From an uncultured Gammaproteobacteria bacterium (lineage in GTDB: Bacteria > Cyanobacteriota > Vampirovibrionia > LMEP-6097): a DNA stretch of 64,000 bases. Both the position numbers and the translations under genes were made by a program. The stretch spans positions 90,942 through 154,941 of the forward strand of contig CAZKAT010000003.1 in the NCBI GenBank assembly GCA_964551135.1, in the 5' to 3' direction. The notes beneath the pieces are model-generated. The model did not search any database. It was given only the letters and a program-made list of their open reading frames with translations, and was not told where the DNA came from. Each line of letters opens with the position of its first letter. Position 1 is the first letter of the stretch. This document shows, piece by piece, positions 28,134 through 37,761 of this stretch.

Positions 28134-30197
28134 GTGGATAATGAGATTGTCATACCTGAGCTTCCGCTTTTGGAAACTAGAGAATTATGGTGGAATATCG
28201 ACCATAACTTCGGAAAGATATTTTTCTACTTACTTGCTGCTGTAGCTGTAGGATTTTTTCTATATGGTTTCTATAAGAAACTAAAGCTAATTTTTAATGG
28301 TAAAGCAATTAAAAGAGAAGATCGTTTCAACAATATAAAGGAACGTCTTAAAACCTTAATAACATTTGGGCTTTTACAGAAAAAAATCCGCGCAAAGAAA
28401 ACTGGTGGTATACCCCATGTATTAGTTTTCCTTGGTTTTATTATTCTATGGATAGTTACAGATATTATCGCTGTTCAAGAACATTTATTTAAGACAATTC
28501 ATTTCTTCCAAGGTACATTCTATAAGATAGTAAGTTTTGCTGCTGATTTTGGTGGATTACTATTGTTTATTGGCGTAGTAGTGTTTACTATTCGCCGTTA
28601 TATTTTTAAATCTAAGAATCTAGACAATACTCAGAATGATTGGATTCAATTAACTTTCTTAGGTTTGTTTGTGATCACTGGTTTCTTGCTAGAGGCTTTC
28701 CGCATGGCTGCAACTACTCATATAGAGGACTACGCGCCTATAGGAGCGGCTCTAGCGAAGTTCTTCTCCTATATGAGAGTAGAGGACTTACAAGCTAGTC
28801 ATAGAGTGCTCTGGTGGTTCCACAGTATATTAACCTTTACTTTTATTGCATTGATTCCTGTTACTAAGTTTTCACATATATTTCTTTCTCCTCTCACCAT
28901 GTTCTTCCGCACCGATCGTAAACGAGGACAACTTTATACACCATACAGCTTACTAGACATGATGAATGCAGAAGCTAAAGGTAAGGAGATCAATGAAGAG
29001 GATTTCACTGCTGGAGTTTTCACTTATAATGATTTCTCTTGGAAGTCCCTCCTAGACGGTGAAGCTTGTACTAGTTGTGGTCGTTGTCATGTAGTATGTC
29101 CTGCTCAAAATACCGACAAACCATTATCGCCTAAATTTTTAATGTTAAACATTAGAGCTCTTGCCACTAAAGAGGATAGAGATGATGTTTATAGTCATAT
29201 TCATCAAGATGTACTTTGGTCTTGTACTTCATGCCGTGCCTGTATGGAAGAGTGTCCTGTGTTAATTGAACATGTAGACACCATTGTAGATATGCGTAGA
29301 GGTTTATTACAATCCAATATGGCTCCTAGTAATCTACAAGCCACACTAAAAAACATCCGCACTAAATCCAACCCATGGGGCTTAGATCCTAGAGATAGAG
29401 AGAAGTGGATCGCTGAAATTAAGTCAGAGCAAGGCATTGATGTGAAGCTAGCTAGTGCTGGTGCTGAGTTTGAGTATCTCTATTGGGTAGGTAGCCCTGG
29501 TGCTTACGATGATAGAAATAAAGCTGTAACTAAAGCTAATGCTGCTCTATTTACTAAAGCAGGATTAAGTTTCGCTGTACTTGGTAACGAAGAGAAAAGT
29601 TCTGGTGATACAGCAAGGCGCGCTGGCGATGAAGGCTTATTCCAAGAGTTAGTTTTAGAGAATATTGAAATACTCAAGGCTTACAACGTGAAGAAAGTTA
29701 TCACTCAATGTCCGCATGTTTACAACACTCTGAAGAATGAGTATCCAGAATTTGGGCTAGAGGGAGTAGAGGTTTATCATCATAGTGAGATACTTGCTGA
29801 CTTAATCAAGAATGGTAAACTCAATCCTCAGAAAGAAGTCACAGAGACTATCACTTACCATGATCCATGTTACTTAGGTAGATATAACCAAGTATTTGAT
29901 CCACCAAGATTTATTCTGGAATCTATTCCTGGTATAGAGCTCAAACATATAGAACATGAAGGATCTAAGAGTACTTGTTGCGGCGGCGGCGGCGCACAGA
30001 TCTGGTATGAGACACCAGGTAATCACATCAACGTCATGCGCTTAGAAGAGTTAAATGAACATCAACCTAATAAGGTCAGTGTTGCTTGTCCTTATTGCAG
30101 CATTATGCTTAGTACGGCGACTACCACTGCCTTCCCTGGTACTAATGTACCGGTAATAGAGGATATAGCAGTGACATTAGCTAAATCTGTGTTGTAA
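28134..30197 (+). CDS. membrane-bound HdrED/GlpC-like iron-sulfur oxidoreductase (NarI-like cytochrome b domain fused to 2x[4Fe-4S] plus CCG domains)
   Basis: N-terminal ~260 aa with 5-6 TM helices and conserved His. Two ferredoxin motifs CTSCGRCHVVCP and CTSCRACMEECP. C-terminal CCG-type cysteine clusters (CCGGGG ... CPYC). Confidence 0.7.
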   Translation: MDNEIVIPELPLLETRELWWNIDHNFGKIFFYLLAAVAVGFFLYGFYKKLKLIFNGKAIKREDRFNNIKERLKTLITFGLLQKKIRAKKTGGIPHVLVFLGFIILWIVTDIIAVQEHLFKTIHFFQGTFYKIVSFAADFGGLLLFIGVVVFTIRRYIFKSKNLDNTQNDWIQLTFLGLFVITGFLLEAFRMAATTHIEDYAPIGAALAKFFSYMRVEDLQASHRVLWWFHSILTFTFIALIPVTKFSHIFLSPLTMFFRTDRKRGQLYTPYSLLDMMNAEAKGKEINEEDFTAGVFTYNDFSWKSLLDGEACTSCGRCHVVCPAQNTDKPLSPKFLMLNIRALATKEDRDDVYSHIHQDVLWSCTSCRACMEECPVLIEHVDTIVDMRRGLLQSNMAPSNLQATLKNIRTKSNPWGLDPRDREKWIAEIKSEQGIDVKLASAGAEFEYLYWVGSPGAYDDRNKAVTKANAALFTKAGLSFAVLGNEEKSSGDTARRAGDEGLFQELVLENIEILKAYNVKKVITQCPHVYNTLKNEYPEFGLEGVEVYHHSEILADLIKNGKLNPQKEVTETITYHDPCYLGRYNQVFDPPRFILESIPGIELKHIEHEGSKSTCCGGGGAQIWYETPGNHINVMRLEELNEHQPNKVSVACPYCSIMLSTATTTAFPGTNVPVIEDIAVTLAKSVL

Positions 30198-30207
30198 ATA
30201 AAAAACA

Positions 30208-30256
30208 CCCCATAAACAAGTTCCTTTACACTCGTTTATGGGGCACTCCTTTTTCT
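30208..30256 (+). terminator. rho-independent terminator after the Fe-S oxidoreductase gene
   Basis: Stem CCCCATAAAC ... GTTTATGGGG followed by a T-run (CACTCCTTTTTC). Confidence 0.6.
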
Positions 30257-30420
30257 ATTGTCTAATATTGGTTTCAATGCAGATTCCTTGTGATTAATAG
30301 GATAAATCTCCCTAGACTGGATCTTGCATCGATACTTAAATTATGCCCTCTGTGCCAATAATAAAGTTCAATCTTTAGGGTGAAATTGATTTCTAAAATA
30401 CGTTGAGTAACTAATACAAT

Positions 30421-30540
30421 AGTGTGTCATCCTGAGGAGGAGCCGAAGGCGACGACGTAAGGATCCACTACAACACTGAATTTATTAATGAGAGTGGATC
30501 CTTACGGTCGGGCTGCGCCCTCCCTCAGGATGACGAACGG
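30421..30540. repeat. GC-rich palindromic element (~43-bp inverted arms, 23-bp loop), intergenic
   Basis: GTCATCCTGAGGAGGAGCCGAAGGCGACGACGTAAGGATCCACT ... loop ... AGTGGATCCTTACGGTCGGGCTGCGCCCTCCCTCAGGATGAC. Shares CCTGAGGAG and CCGAAGG cores with the metH element. Abuts the stop codon of the permease gene. Confidence 0.75.
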
Positions 30541-30542
30541 AT

Positions 30543-31607
30543 CTAACCTTCAAGCTGTGTAGCTCGCAATCTCGGATCTACTTTAAGTAGTAGAATATCT
30601 GCGATTAAATTTCCGAGTACTAACATCAAGCTCCCGAGTAATAGATTTGCTAGAACCAAGTTGATGTCAAGCTTTCGTGCTGCTTCAAGAGTTAGGTAAC
30701 CTAATCCAGGATAAGCAAGCACCATCTCTACAAGTGCAGAACCAGCAAATAAATTAGAGAACTCATAACCCAAAATAGTTACCAATGGATTAATAGCATT
30801 ACGCAAAGCATGTTTATAAATTACTTTATCTTCATTTAGTCCTTTAGCTCTAGCCGTACGGATGTAATCTTCATTAAGCACATCTAATAAATTAGCGCGC
30901 ATTTGTCTCTGAAGAGCAACTAATCCACCAACAGTAAGAATTAATACTGGTAGAAACAAATGTCTAATTAAATCTAAGAGCTTAGCAAAGAAACCCAGTT
31001 CATCATAGAAGCTACTAGTTAAACCACCTATAGGGAACCAACCAGTCGCAAGAGTGAAAAGTAGCATTAATATAGCCAGCACAAATCCAGGCACCGACAT
31101 AAAAACCGACATCAAGAATCTTAAATTATTGTCTATAGCTTTATCCTTATTAACCGCAGCAATAATGCCCAAGGGAAGCGCAATCAACCAGGTGAAAAAC
31201 AAAGCAACAATATTCATTACTAGGGTATTAAAGAGAGCTGGTTTAATTAGATCTATAACTCTCTGATTATTCTGGCTCAGTCCAAACTCACCTCTACTAA
31301 TATTCTTCAGCCAAGTGAAATATTGCTCGCTAAAACTTTTATCAAGTCCCAAGCGCTTAGCTTCTGCAGCAATCTTCGCTTCAGAGATCTGTGGATTAAG
31401 CTTAAGATCAGCTAATGGGTCTCCAGTTTGGATTTGAGTTGCAGGACTATAGAACTTAACTAATTGCACTGAAGTGAACGGAATTTTCAGATCAAGTTTC
31501 AACTCAGGAATAGTGAAATCAAGTTTCATTAAAGCAAAAGTTATAAAAGTGATGAAGATCACAAGGAAGATTGAGCTTATAAAACGTTTAATAAGAAAAT
31601 TAAGCAC
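30543..31607 (-). CDS. ABC transporter permease (OppB/DppB family)
   Basis: Six TM helices. EAA-type loop IRTARAKGLNEDKVIYKHALRNAINPLVTILG. Confidence 0.85.
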   Translation of the reverse strand: MLNFLIKRFISSIFLVIFITFITFALMKLDFTIPELKLDLKIPFTSVQLVKFYSPATQIQTGDPLADLKLNPQISEAKIAAEAKRLGLDKSFSEQYFTWLKNISRGEFGLSQNNQRVIDLIKPALFNTLVMNIVALFFTWLIALPLGIIAAVNKDKAIDNNLRFLMSVFMSVPGFVLAILMLLFTLATGWFPIGGLTSSFYDELGFFAKLLDLIRHLFLPVLILTVGGLVALQRQMRANLLDVLNEDYIRTARAKGLNEDKVIYKHALRNAINPLVTILGYEFSNLFAGSALVEMVLAYPGLGYLTLEAARKLDINLVLANLLLGSLMLVLGNLIADILLLKVDPRLRATQLEG

Positions 31608-31651
31608 TTAGCTAATTCTAATATACTTTATAACAATTGTATTATTTTAAA

Positions 31652-31687
31652 AATGACGCGGACGCATGCGACGTCAGGGTGCGTCAT
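31652..31687. repeat. small GC-rich palindrome cluster between the ClC and permease genes
   Basis: ATGACGCGGACGCATGCGACGTCAGGGTGCGTCAT. Outer IR ATGACGC/GCGTCAT and inner GCATGC and GACGTC palindromes. Overlaps the ClC stop codon. Confidence 0.55.
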
Positions 31688-33408
31688 CAGTAGTCCATCT
31701 CTTGACTTGCTTCAAAATTAATAACATCAGATCTAGTAATGATACCCACCAAGTGCTTATTGTCTTTTTCATCGACAACTAATAAGCGACCAATTTTAAA
31801 TTCATAAAGCTTCAGTATAGCCTTATTTAAATTATCATTGATACTCAGCAATTTCAGATCCGTGCTCATAATCTCTGACACCGGACTATCCAATAACAAA
31901 TGATTATCAAAGGCAGTATGCAAATCTCTTTGAGTAACAATGCCCACTAAGTTTTGCTGGGTATCTAAGACCGGGAAACCAGTATGATCACTCTTATCAA
32001 ATAGCTCATGTAAGCTCTGCAAGGTCATGGTCTCAGGAACAGTATCTACTTTAGTAGTCATTGCATCTCCAATACTGAAGCTTTGTAAATAGGAAGCACT
32101 GTATTCTTTAATATTAATGCCGTCCTTCTCTAATAAGTTTTCATAGACACTACCTTGTTTAAGTTTCTCAGCACTGACGTTAGCAATGATACAACCGAAC
32201 ATAAGCGGCAAAACTAATTCATAATTACCGGTCAATTCAAAGAGCATCACAATACTAGTAATAGGAGCTCTTGCCATAGCTGTAAAGAAAGCACCCATAC
32301 CCACAAAAGCAAAACTAGAAGGATCCACATTTAAACCTGGTGCCAAAAAATTTACTAGATTACCAAACATAGAACCCAGTAAAGCACCAAGAATCAAGGC
32401 TGGAGCAAAAATACCACCAGGTACACCACTACCATAAGCTACTACTGACAATAAATATTTAGCTAGAAAGATTAACGGGATAAATGACCATTTATAAGCA
32501 CCCGCAAGCACACCCTCTAAAGCAGTATGCCCGCCTCCCATTGCTTGAGGAATCCACAAACCTACAATCCCTGTAATCAAGCCAGCAACAGCACCCCAAG
32601 CCCAAGAAGGTATATGCTTTAACTTAGTTCTATAAACATCTATAGAAAATAATGCCGATCTTTGAAAGTAGGTACCAAAGATAGCGCATAAAACTCCTAA
32701 AACTACAAAGAGTGGCAAAGTGATTACCGTAACGGGACAAGTAGATTGAAAGTGAAAAGTAAAGAAATCACCATACAACATTCTACAAGTAAACGCCGCT
32801 GCTACTGAGCCCACTATCGCAGGACCTAAAGCAATACTAGAAAAATTTCTATCTAGTTCTTCTATAACAAAAACAACACCTGCTATGGGAGTATTAAACG
32901 CAGCTGCTAAACCAGCTCCAGCACCACTAGCTATAGCTCGTTTACGATGCTTACCACCTAATAACTTACTAATCTTGGAAGCTAGTCCTGCACCCATTTG
33001 TATAGTAGGACCTTCTCTACCAAGTGATAGACCAGAAGCAATACCGACAACACCACCAACAAATTTGACCAACACAGTTCTTAATTTAATATCTATGCCA
33101 GTACTATTTAGTACATATTTTACTTGTGGAATACCACTGCCCTTAGCATCAGGAGCAAATTGAACAGTAACAAAACTTGCAATCAAACCACCTAACATAC
33201 AGAATAATGGCAACAAAACCCATTTTATCCATGGTTCACCAGAAGAATAGGTATAAAATAAAAAATCTGCTAACTTCTCAGTACAAATTCGAAAAGCGAC
33301 AGCAACAACACCAATAACGACACCGATAATAGCAACACGAATGAGGATTTGAGTTTTATGATCAAAACTTTTGGAGAAAAATTCTTTTAATTTACCTAGT
33401 TCATTCAT
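31687..33408 (-). CDS. ClC-family chloride channel / H+-Cl- antiporter with C-terminal CBS pair
   Basis: GSGIP, GREGP and GxFxP motifs. C-terminal tandem CBS domains. Confidence 0.9.
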   Translation of the reverse strand: MNELGKLKEFFSKSFDHKTQILIRVAIIGVVIGVVAVAFRICTEKLADFLFYTYSSGEPWIKWVLLPLFCMLGGLIASFVTVQFAPDAKGSGIPQVKYVLNSTGIDIKLRTVLVKFVGGVVGIASGLSLGREGPTIQMGAGLASKISKLLGGKHRKRAIASGAGAGLAAAFNTPIAGVVFVIEELDRNFSSIALGPAIVGSVAAAFTCRMLYGDFFTFHFQSTCPVTVITLPLFVVLGVLCAIFGTYFQRSALFSIDVYRTKLKHIPSWAWGAVAGLITGIVGLWIPQAMGGGHTALEGVLAGAYKWSFIPLIFLAKYLLSVVAYGSGVPGGIFAPALILGALLGSMFGNLVNFLAPGLNVDPSSFAFVGMGAFFTAMARAPITSIVMLFELTGNYELVLPLMFGCIIANVSAEKLKQGSVYENLLEKDGINIKEYSASYLQSFSIGDAMTTKVDTVPETMTLQSLHELFDKSDHTGFPVLDTQQNLVGIVTQRDLHTAFDNHLLLDSPVSEIMSTDLKLLSINDNLNKAILKLYEFKIGRLLVVDEKDNKHLVGIITRSDVINFEASQEMDY

Positions 33409-33413
33409 TTAAG

Positions 33414-34772
33414 CTAAGCCTTAGATTCTTTCTCCCCTTCTTTCTTATAAGTTATGCGGATAGGAGTACCTTTGAAACCAAAGTACTGTCTGATTTGTCC
33501 CTCCAAAAACCTAGTATAAGATTCTGGTATCAACTCAGGATAGTTAGTAAAGATCAAGAACTGTGGTGGAGCCACATCCACTTGAGTAATATATTTCATT
33601 TTAATGGCTTTTTGTTTTACTACTGGAGGTCTGGTAACCACAGTGATATCAGCAAGAACTTTGTTTAATAGACTAGTAGAGACTCTGCGCTTATGCTCAG
33701 TATTAGCATCTATGATCATTTGCCATAATTTATCAGTACGTTGACCAGTCAAGGCAGAAACATATTCTTTCTGAGCATAATCAACAAACCTAAGTTGGTA
33801 GTCTATTCTATCCTTATGTTTAAGAATCTTAACGGGATCGGCTTTAATCTCTGGGTCAAGAATATCCCACTTATTAACAAGCACCACACAAGCTTTACCA
33901 CGTTCTTCTATTAGTGCAGCTATCCTCTGATCTTGGTCTGTGACTATTTCTTCTTCCGTTGCATCCATCATCATTACTGCAACATCACAAGCAGCAATAG
34001 AGTAAGTGGTACGAATATTGGAGAAGCGTTCGACTTCTTCTTGAACTTTAGACTTACGTCTGAGTCCAGCTGTATCTATCAGCTCAAACTCTTGTCCATA
34101 TCTTGTAAGCCTAGTGTTAATAGCATCTCTAGTAGTGCCGCTGATCGGGCTAACTATAGAACGTTCTTCACCTAATAATTTATTAAACAGACTTGACTTA
34201 CCAACATTAGGTTTACCAACTACTGCAACTCTAATAATTCCATCTTCCTTGGGTTGTGACTCTATAGAACCATGACGATTACCGATATCACTAAGCATCT
34301 GACTTAATCCATGAGAGCCATGCAGAGCACTAATAGGATATAAATCCTTGAAACCTAATTTATAAAACTCATAAGTTAAAGGTTCTCTATCTGGACTATC
34401 TACTTTATTAATAGCAACGTAAACTGGTTTAGTAGTTCTCTTGCGTAGTAAATTAGCGATAGCATCATCTTCTTTAGTGATACCGGTACTGACATCTAGT
34501 AAGAACACCAGAGCATCAGCCTCCTCTAAGCCATTCAGAGCTTGTTGGTTAATTTCTTCAGCAAAGTTATCCTTACCATCAAAACTCAAACCACCAGTGT
34601 CGATGATAGTAAACTCTTTACCATCCCAATCAAAATCTACGTAATTACGATCACGAGTAATACCAGCCTGCTCTCCTACAATCGCAACACGCTTACCAGC
34701 TAGTCTATTGACCAGGGTGCTTTTACCCACGTTGGGACGACCTATAATGGAAATAACTGTTTTCTTTTTCAA
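33414..34772 (-). CDS. der: ribosome-associated GTPase Der (EngA)
   Basis: Two GTPase domains with GRPNVGKSTL and GKPNVGKSSL P-loops, plus the KH-like C-terminus. Confidence 0.9.
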   Translation of the reverse strand: MKKKTVISIIGRPNVGKSTLVNRLAGKRVAIVGEQAGITRDRNYVDFDWDGKEFTIIDTGGLSFDGKDNFAEEINQQALNGLEEADALVFLLDVSTGITKEDDAIANLLRKRTTKPVYVAINKVDSPDREPLTYEFYKLGFKDLYPISALHGSHGLSQMLSDIGNRHGSIESQPKEDGIIRVAVVGKPNVGKSSLFNKLLGEERSIVSPISGTTRDAINTRLTRYGQEFELIDTAGLRRKSKVQEEVERFSNIRTTYSIAACDVAVMMMDATEEEIVTDQDQRIAALIEERGKACVVLVNKWDILDPEIKADPVKILKHKDRIDYQLRFVDYAQKEYVSALTGQRTDKLWQMIIDANTEHKRRVSTSLLNKVLADITVVTRPPVVKQKAIKMKYITQVDVAPPQFLIFTNYPELIPESYTRFLEGQIRQYFGFKGTPIRITYKKEGEKESKA

Positions 34773-34851
34773 AGTATTATCCTGTAATACACTTATTATC
34801 CCAGTAAAACCAAGTAACAGGATAATATGTTATATAAATCTTAATGTTTAC

Positions 34852-35847
34852 ATGAAAATCCTCATAATAAAACTAAGCTCCCTCGGTGACATCGTCCATG
34901 CCATACCTGCAGCCAATGCTTTAGCCGAGATTTATCCTCGTGCTCAGATCGATTGGTTGATTTATAAAAACTTTTCAGAAATAATCAAATCTCAAACTTC
35001 AATAAATGTTATTCATGAACTCAATGATAAAAAACTTTCTACTTTAACTACAACTATCAAAAAATTACAAAAAGAAAATTATGATTTAGTAATAGACTTA
35101 CAAGGTTTAATTAAAACTGCAGTAATAGCAAGATTCATTTCTTCGAATGTCATGGGATCTAGTCATCCCAGAGAAAAATTAGCCTCATGTTTCTATCGAG
35201 CTAAAGTAGATCTTGGTGATACAATGGATGATTCAATGCATGTCATTGAAAGGAATTTGGCTATAGCAACATCATTGCGAGGTCTGCCAATCGAAGACAG
35301 AGCAGGACGATTCAATTCACCTTGCTTAAAAACAAGCTTTGGTGAATTGACTAAATCAAAAATTAAAAACGCAAATAAAAAAGTTTGTATTATTCCTTGT
35401 ACTACCTGGGAGACTAAACACTGGCCAGCAGAGAACTGGATCGAATTAATACAAGAACTTAAAACGAGAGATCCTCAAACTGAGATTTATATTTTAGGCA
35501 CAATTAAAGATCTAATAAAGATCGAAGCGATAATTTGTCAGTTGCGAGTGCCATTTCATTTAGTAGTGAATAAAAGTTTAAAAGAATTACCAGATTTCTT
35601 TAGCGATATGGATATAGTCATCGGTGTCGATACTGGACCTCTGCATATTGCAGCAGCAACCCTCTATGGTTCTAATGCTCAAATCATTGGCTTATATGGT
35701 CCTACTTCTGGAGCACGCACTGGACCTTATGGCTTCGAGTATATTAGCACAGCAAAGATTACCGGCACTAAAGCTAAACACAAACGTAAGGATGATGAGA
35801 CTATGAGAAAAATCAGTCCTAGATTGGTATTAGAGAAGATTCTTTAA
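34852..35847 (+). CDS. LPS heptosyltransferase (glycosyltransferase family 9)
   Basis: N-terminal MKILIIKLSSLGDIVHAIPA typical of WaaC/WaaF. The start is taken at this Met; the ORF track's upstream extension (34708) overlaps der and is unlikely to be coding. Confidence 0.8.
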   Translation: MKILIIKLSSLGDIVHAIPAANALAEIYPRAQIDWLIYKNFSEIIKSQTSINVIHELNDKKLSTLTTTIKKLQKENYDLVIDLQGLIKTAVIARFISSNVMGSSHPREKLASCFYRAKVDLGDTMDDSMHVIERNLAIATSLRGLPIEDRAGRFNSPCLKTSFGELTKSKIKNANKKVCIIPCTTWETKHWPAENWIELIQELKTRDPQTEIYILGTIKDLIKIEAIICQLRVPFHLVVNKSLKELPDFFSDMDIVIGVDTGPLHIAAATLYGSNAQIIGLYGPTSGARTGPYGFEYISTAKITGTKAKHKRKDDETMRKISPRLVLEKIL

Positions 35848-35869
35848 ATTATTTTCGATCAATTAGAAG

Positions 35870-36520
35870 TCAAATACTTGATATCACCAACGACATATCA
35901 ATCTTGGCTGGAATAGTTCTCCTTATTTTAAATAAGTTATCAATGACTATATGAATATTATGCTCATTAATTGAATTTCGCTTTAATATTTCCTCTAACC
36001 AAACACTTGCCTTATACAAATTTTCAATTGTATTCATATCTTTAGAATGTTGCCTTGGATTAAAGTCCTCTTGTGCTAAAGTATGTGCCCACATTCCTAT
36101 GTACTGTTCTTTTATTTTTATATGTTCGTACATAGGTAGAATCAAAACAGAATATCTAGAAGTTTTTAACTTATCTATTAAAGCATTTACTACTGTTGAA
36201 CTATCTTTCATTAATTCCTTATATAAAGATGGTCCTTTTCTTGGATCGAATTCTCCATCAATAAATAAACTATCTGGCATTGTTCCAGCTTGAAGCTGTT
36301 CTCTTTCTTCATGTGTAAATTCAATAGCCTCGACTTTTGGAATTTCCGGAACAGCAAGTTGCTCCAGTTCCTCTCTAGGGACTACTTTAACCGGAATAGT
36401 ATCCTGACCTACAGTTCTATTTTTAGCTGTTTTCCACCAACTGCCGAAAAAAGACCTTCTGGCCGGAGCTCCTGCTCCTTGCGTAGAATCTGAATGTGAT
36501 CTAAGTAATCGTGCATCCAT
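35870..36520 (-). CDS. hypothetical protein
   Basis: 216-aa ORF with no recognisable motif. Confidence 0.4.
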   Translation of the reverse strand: MDARLLRSHSDSTQGAGAPARRSFFGSWWKTAKNRTVGQDTIPVKVVPREELEQLAVPEIPKVEAIEFTHEEREQLQAGTMPDSLFIDGEFDPRKGPSLYKELMKDSSTVVNALIDKLKTSRYSVLILPMYEHIKIKEQYIGMWAHTLAQEDFNPRQHSKDMNTIENLYKASVWLEEILKRNSINEHNIHIVIDNLFKIRRTIPAKIDMSLVISSI

Positions 36521-36624
36521 AGAAGTTTATCTTACCATAGTAAAGTTTTAATCATCGAAATCATAATAGGTATAACGATTTAATTACTATAGCAAGTAAG
36601 CGGCAGCATATAATGTTCTAAGTC

Positions 36625-37755
36625 ATGGATTTTTTATTTATCATTATCAGCATTTTAACTATCACTCTACTTATAGTAGTTCACGAGTTTGGGCATTTTC
36701 TTGCAGCAAAATATTTTGGCTTTCAGACACCAGTGTTTGGTATTGGCTTACCCTTCGGTCCTTCTATAGATCTATTCAAGAAGTGGGATACCCAGTTTAA
36801 ATTTTATTGGGCATTGATTGGAGGCTTCGTTGCTATACCTGAGTTAGGAGATGAGACAGATCCCGAAACAATTAAAAAATACAGCATGGATAAACCTTTA
36901 AGAGAGTTTCCTGTTTATCAGCGCGCCATAGTAGCCAGTGGTGGCATAGTATTCAATATACTGTTTGCATTCTTGCTTGCAGTAGTGATGGCAGGTTCGG
37001 TTGGTTTACCTAGAGCAGCGGCTAATAATATTATCAGTGGATTTGTTGCATCTAATACTACCGCTAAAGATGCTGGATTAGAGCCTGGTGACAGGGTTAT
37101 AGCCGTTAATAATACTCCTATCCAAGACGGCAAGGAATTACAAAAAACAATTCATGATCTAGGTGAAAGTGATTTGAATCTAGTAATAGAAAGACCTACT
37201 AAGGTAGGAGATACTGAATCAGTGCAAACTAAAACAATTCACTTACACTCGAAAGGTTCCCTTGGAATAATTCTTGGACATCAGAAAGAATACAAGAAAT
37301 TCGCTCCTAATCCTTTAATCTGGATCTGGGAAGCATTTAAATTTACTGCTGATACTACTATAGCTATGATACTTTCAGTGATTGGATTACTGGCAGCTTT
37401 GGTTCATAAAATACTTGCCTTAGTTATACCGAACCTTGCACCCATGGCAACAGAATTAGGTGAAGTGAAAGGTATAGTCGGAATAGTGCAAATTATTAGT
37501 CACGATATTAAATCCAATGCCGTACTCTTACTTGAGTTTGCTATTCTACTGAGTCTAAACCTTGCAGTAATTAATATATTACCTATACCTGCACTAGACG
37601 GTGGGCATCTATTATTCATGGCTTATGAAGCGATCACTGGCAAAAAACCTCATGGCAAATTGCAAGAAGGTGCTATTCAAATAGGGTTTATATTTCTACT
37701 GAGTATCATTGCTATTACAACATTTAACGATATCAAGAATTGGATTTTTGGATAA
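36625..37755 (+). CDS. rseP: RIP metalloprotease RseP (site-2 protease)
   Basis: HEFGHFLAAKYFG zinc motif in TM1, PDZ domain and C-terminal LDGGHLLF motif. Confidence 0.9.
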   Translation: MDFLFIIISILTITLLIVVHEFGHFLAAKYFGFQTPVFGIGLPFGPSIDLFKKWDTQFKFYWALIGGFVAIPELGDETDPETIKKYSMDKPLREFPVYQRAIVASGGIVFNILFAFLLAVVMAGSVGLPRAAANNIISGFVASNTTAKDAGLEPGDRVIAVNNTPIQDGKELQKTIHDLGESDLNLVIERPTKVGDTESVQTKTIHLHSKGSLGIILGHQKEYKKFAPNPLIWIWEAFKFTADTTIAMILSVIGLLAALVHKILALVIPNLAPMATELGEVKGIVGIVQIISHDIKSNAVLLLEFAILLSLNLAVINILPIPALDGGHLLFMAYEAITGKKPHGKLQEGAIQIGFIFLLSIIAITTFNDIKNWIFG

Positions 37756-37761
37756 TCAATT

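Noticed and set aside
34708-34851. Upstream extension of the heptosyltransferase ORF (start at 34708) overlapping the der 3' end
   Set aside because: The canonical MKILIIKLSSLGD N-terminus of GT9 heptosyltransferases begins at 34852. The extension overlaps der on the opposite strand and has no supporting features.
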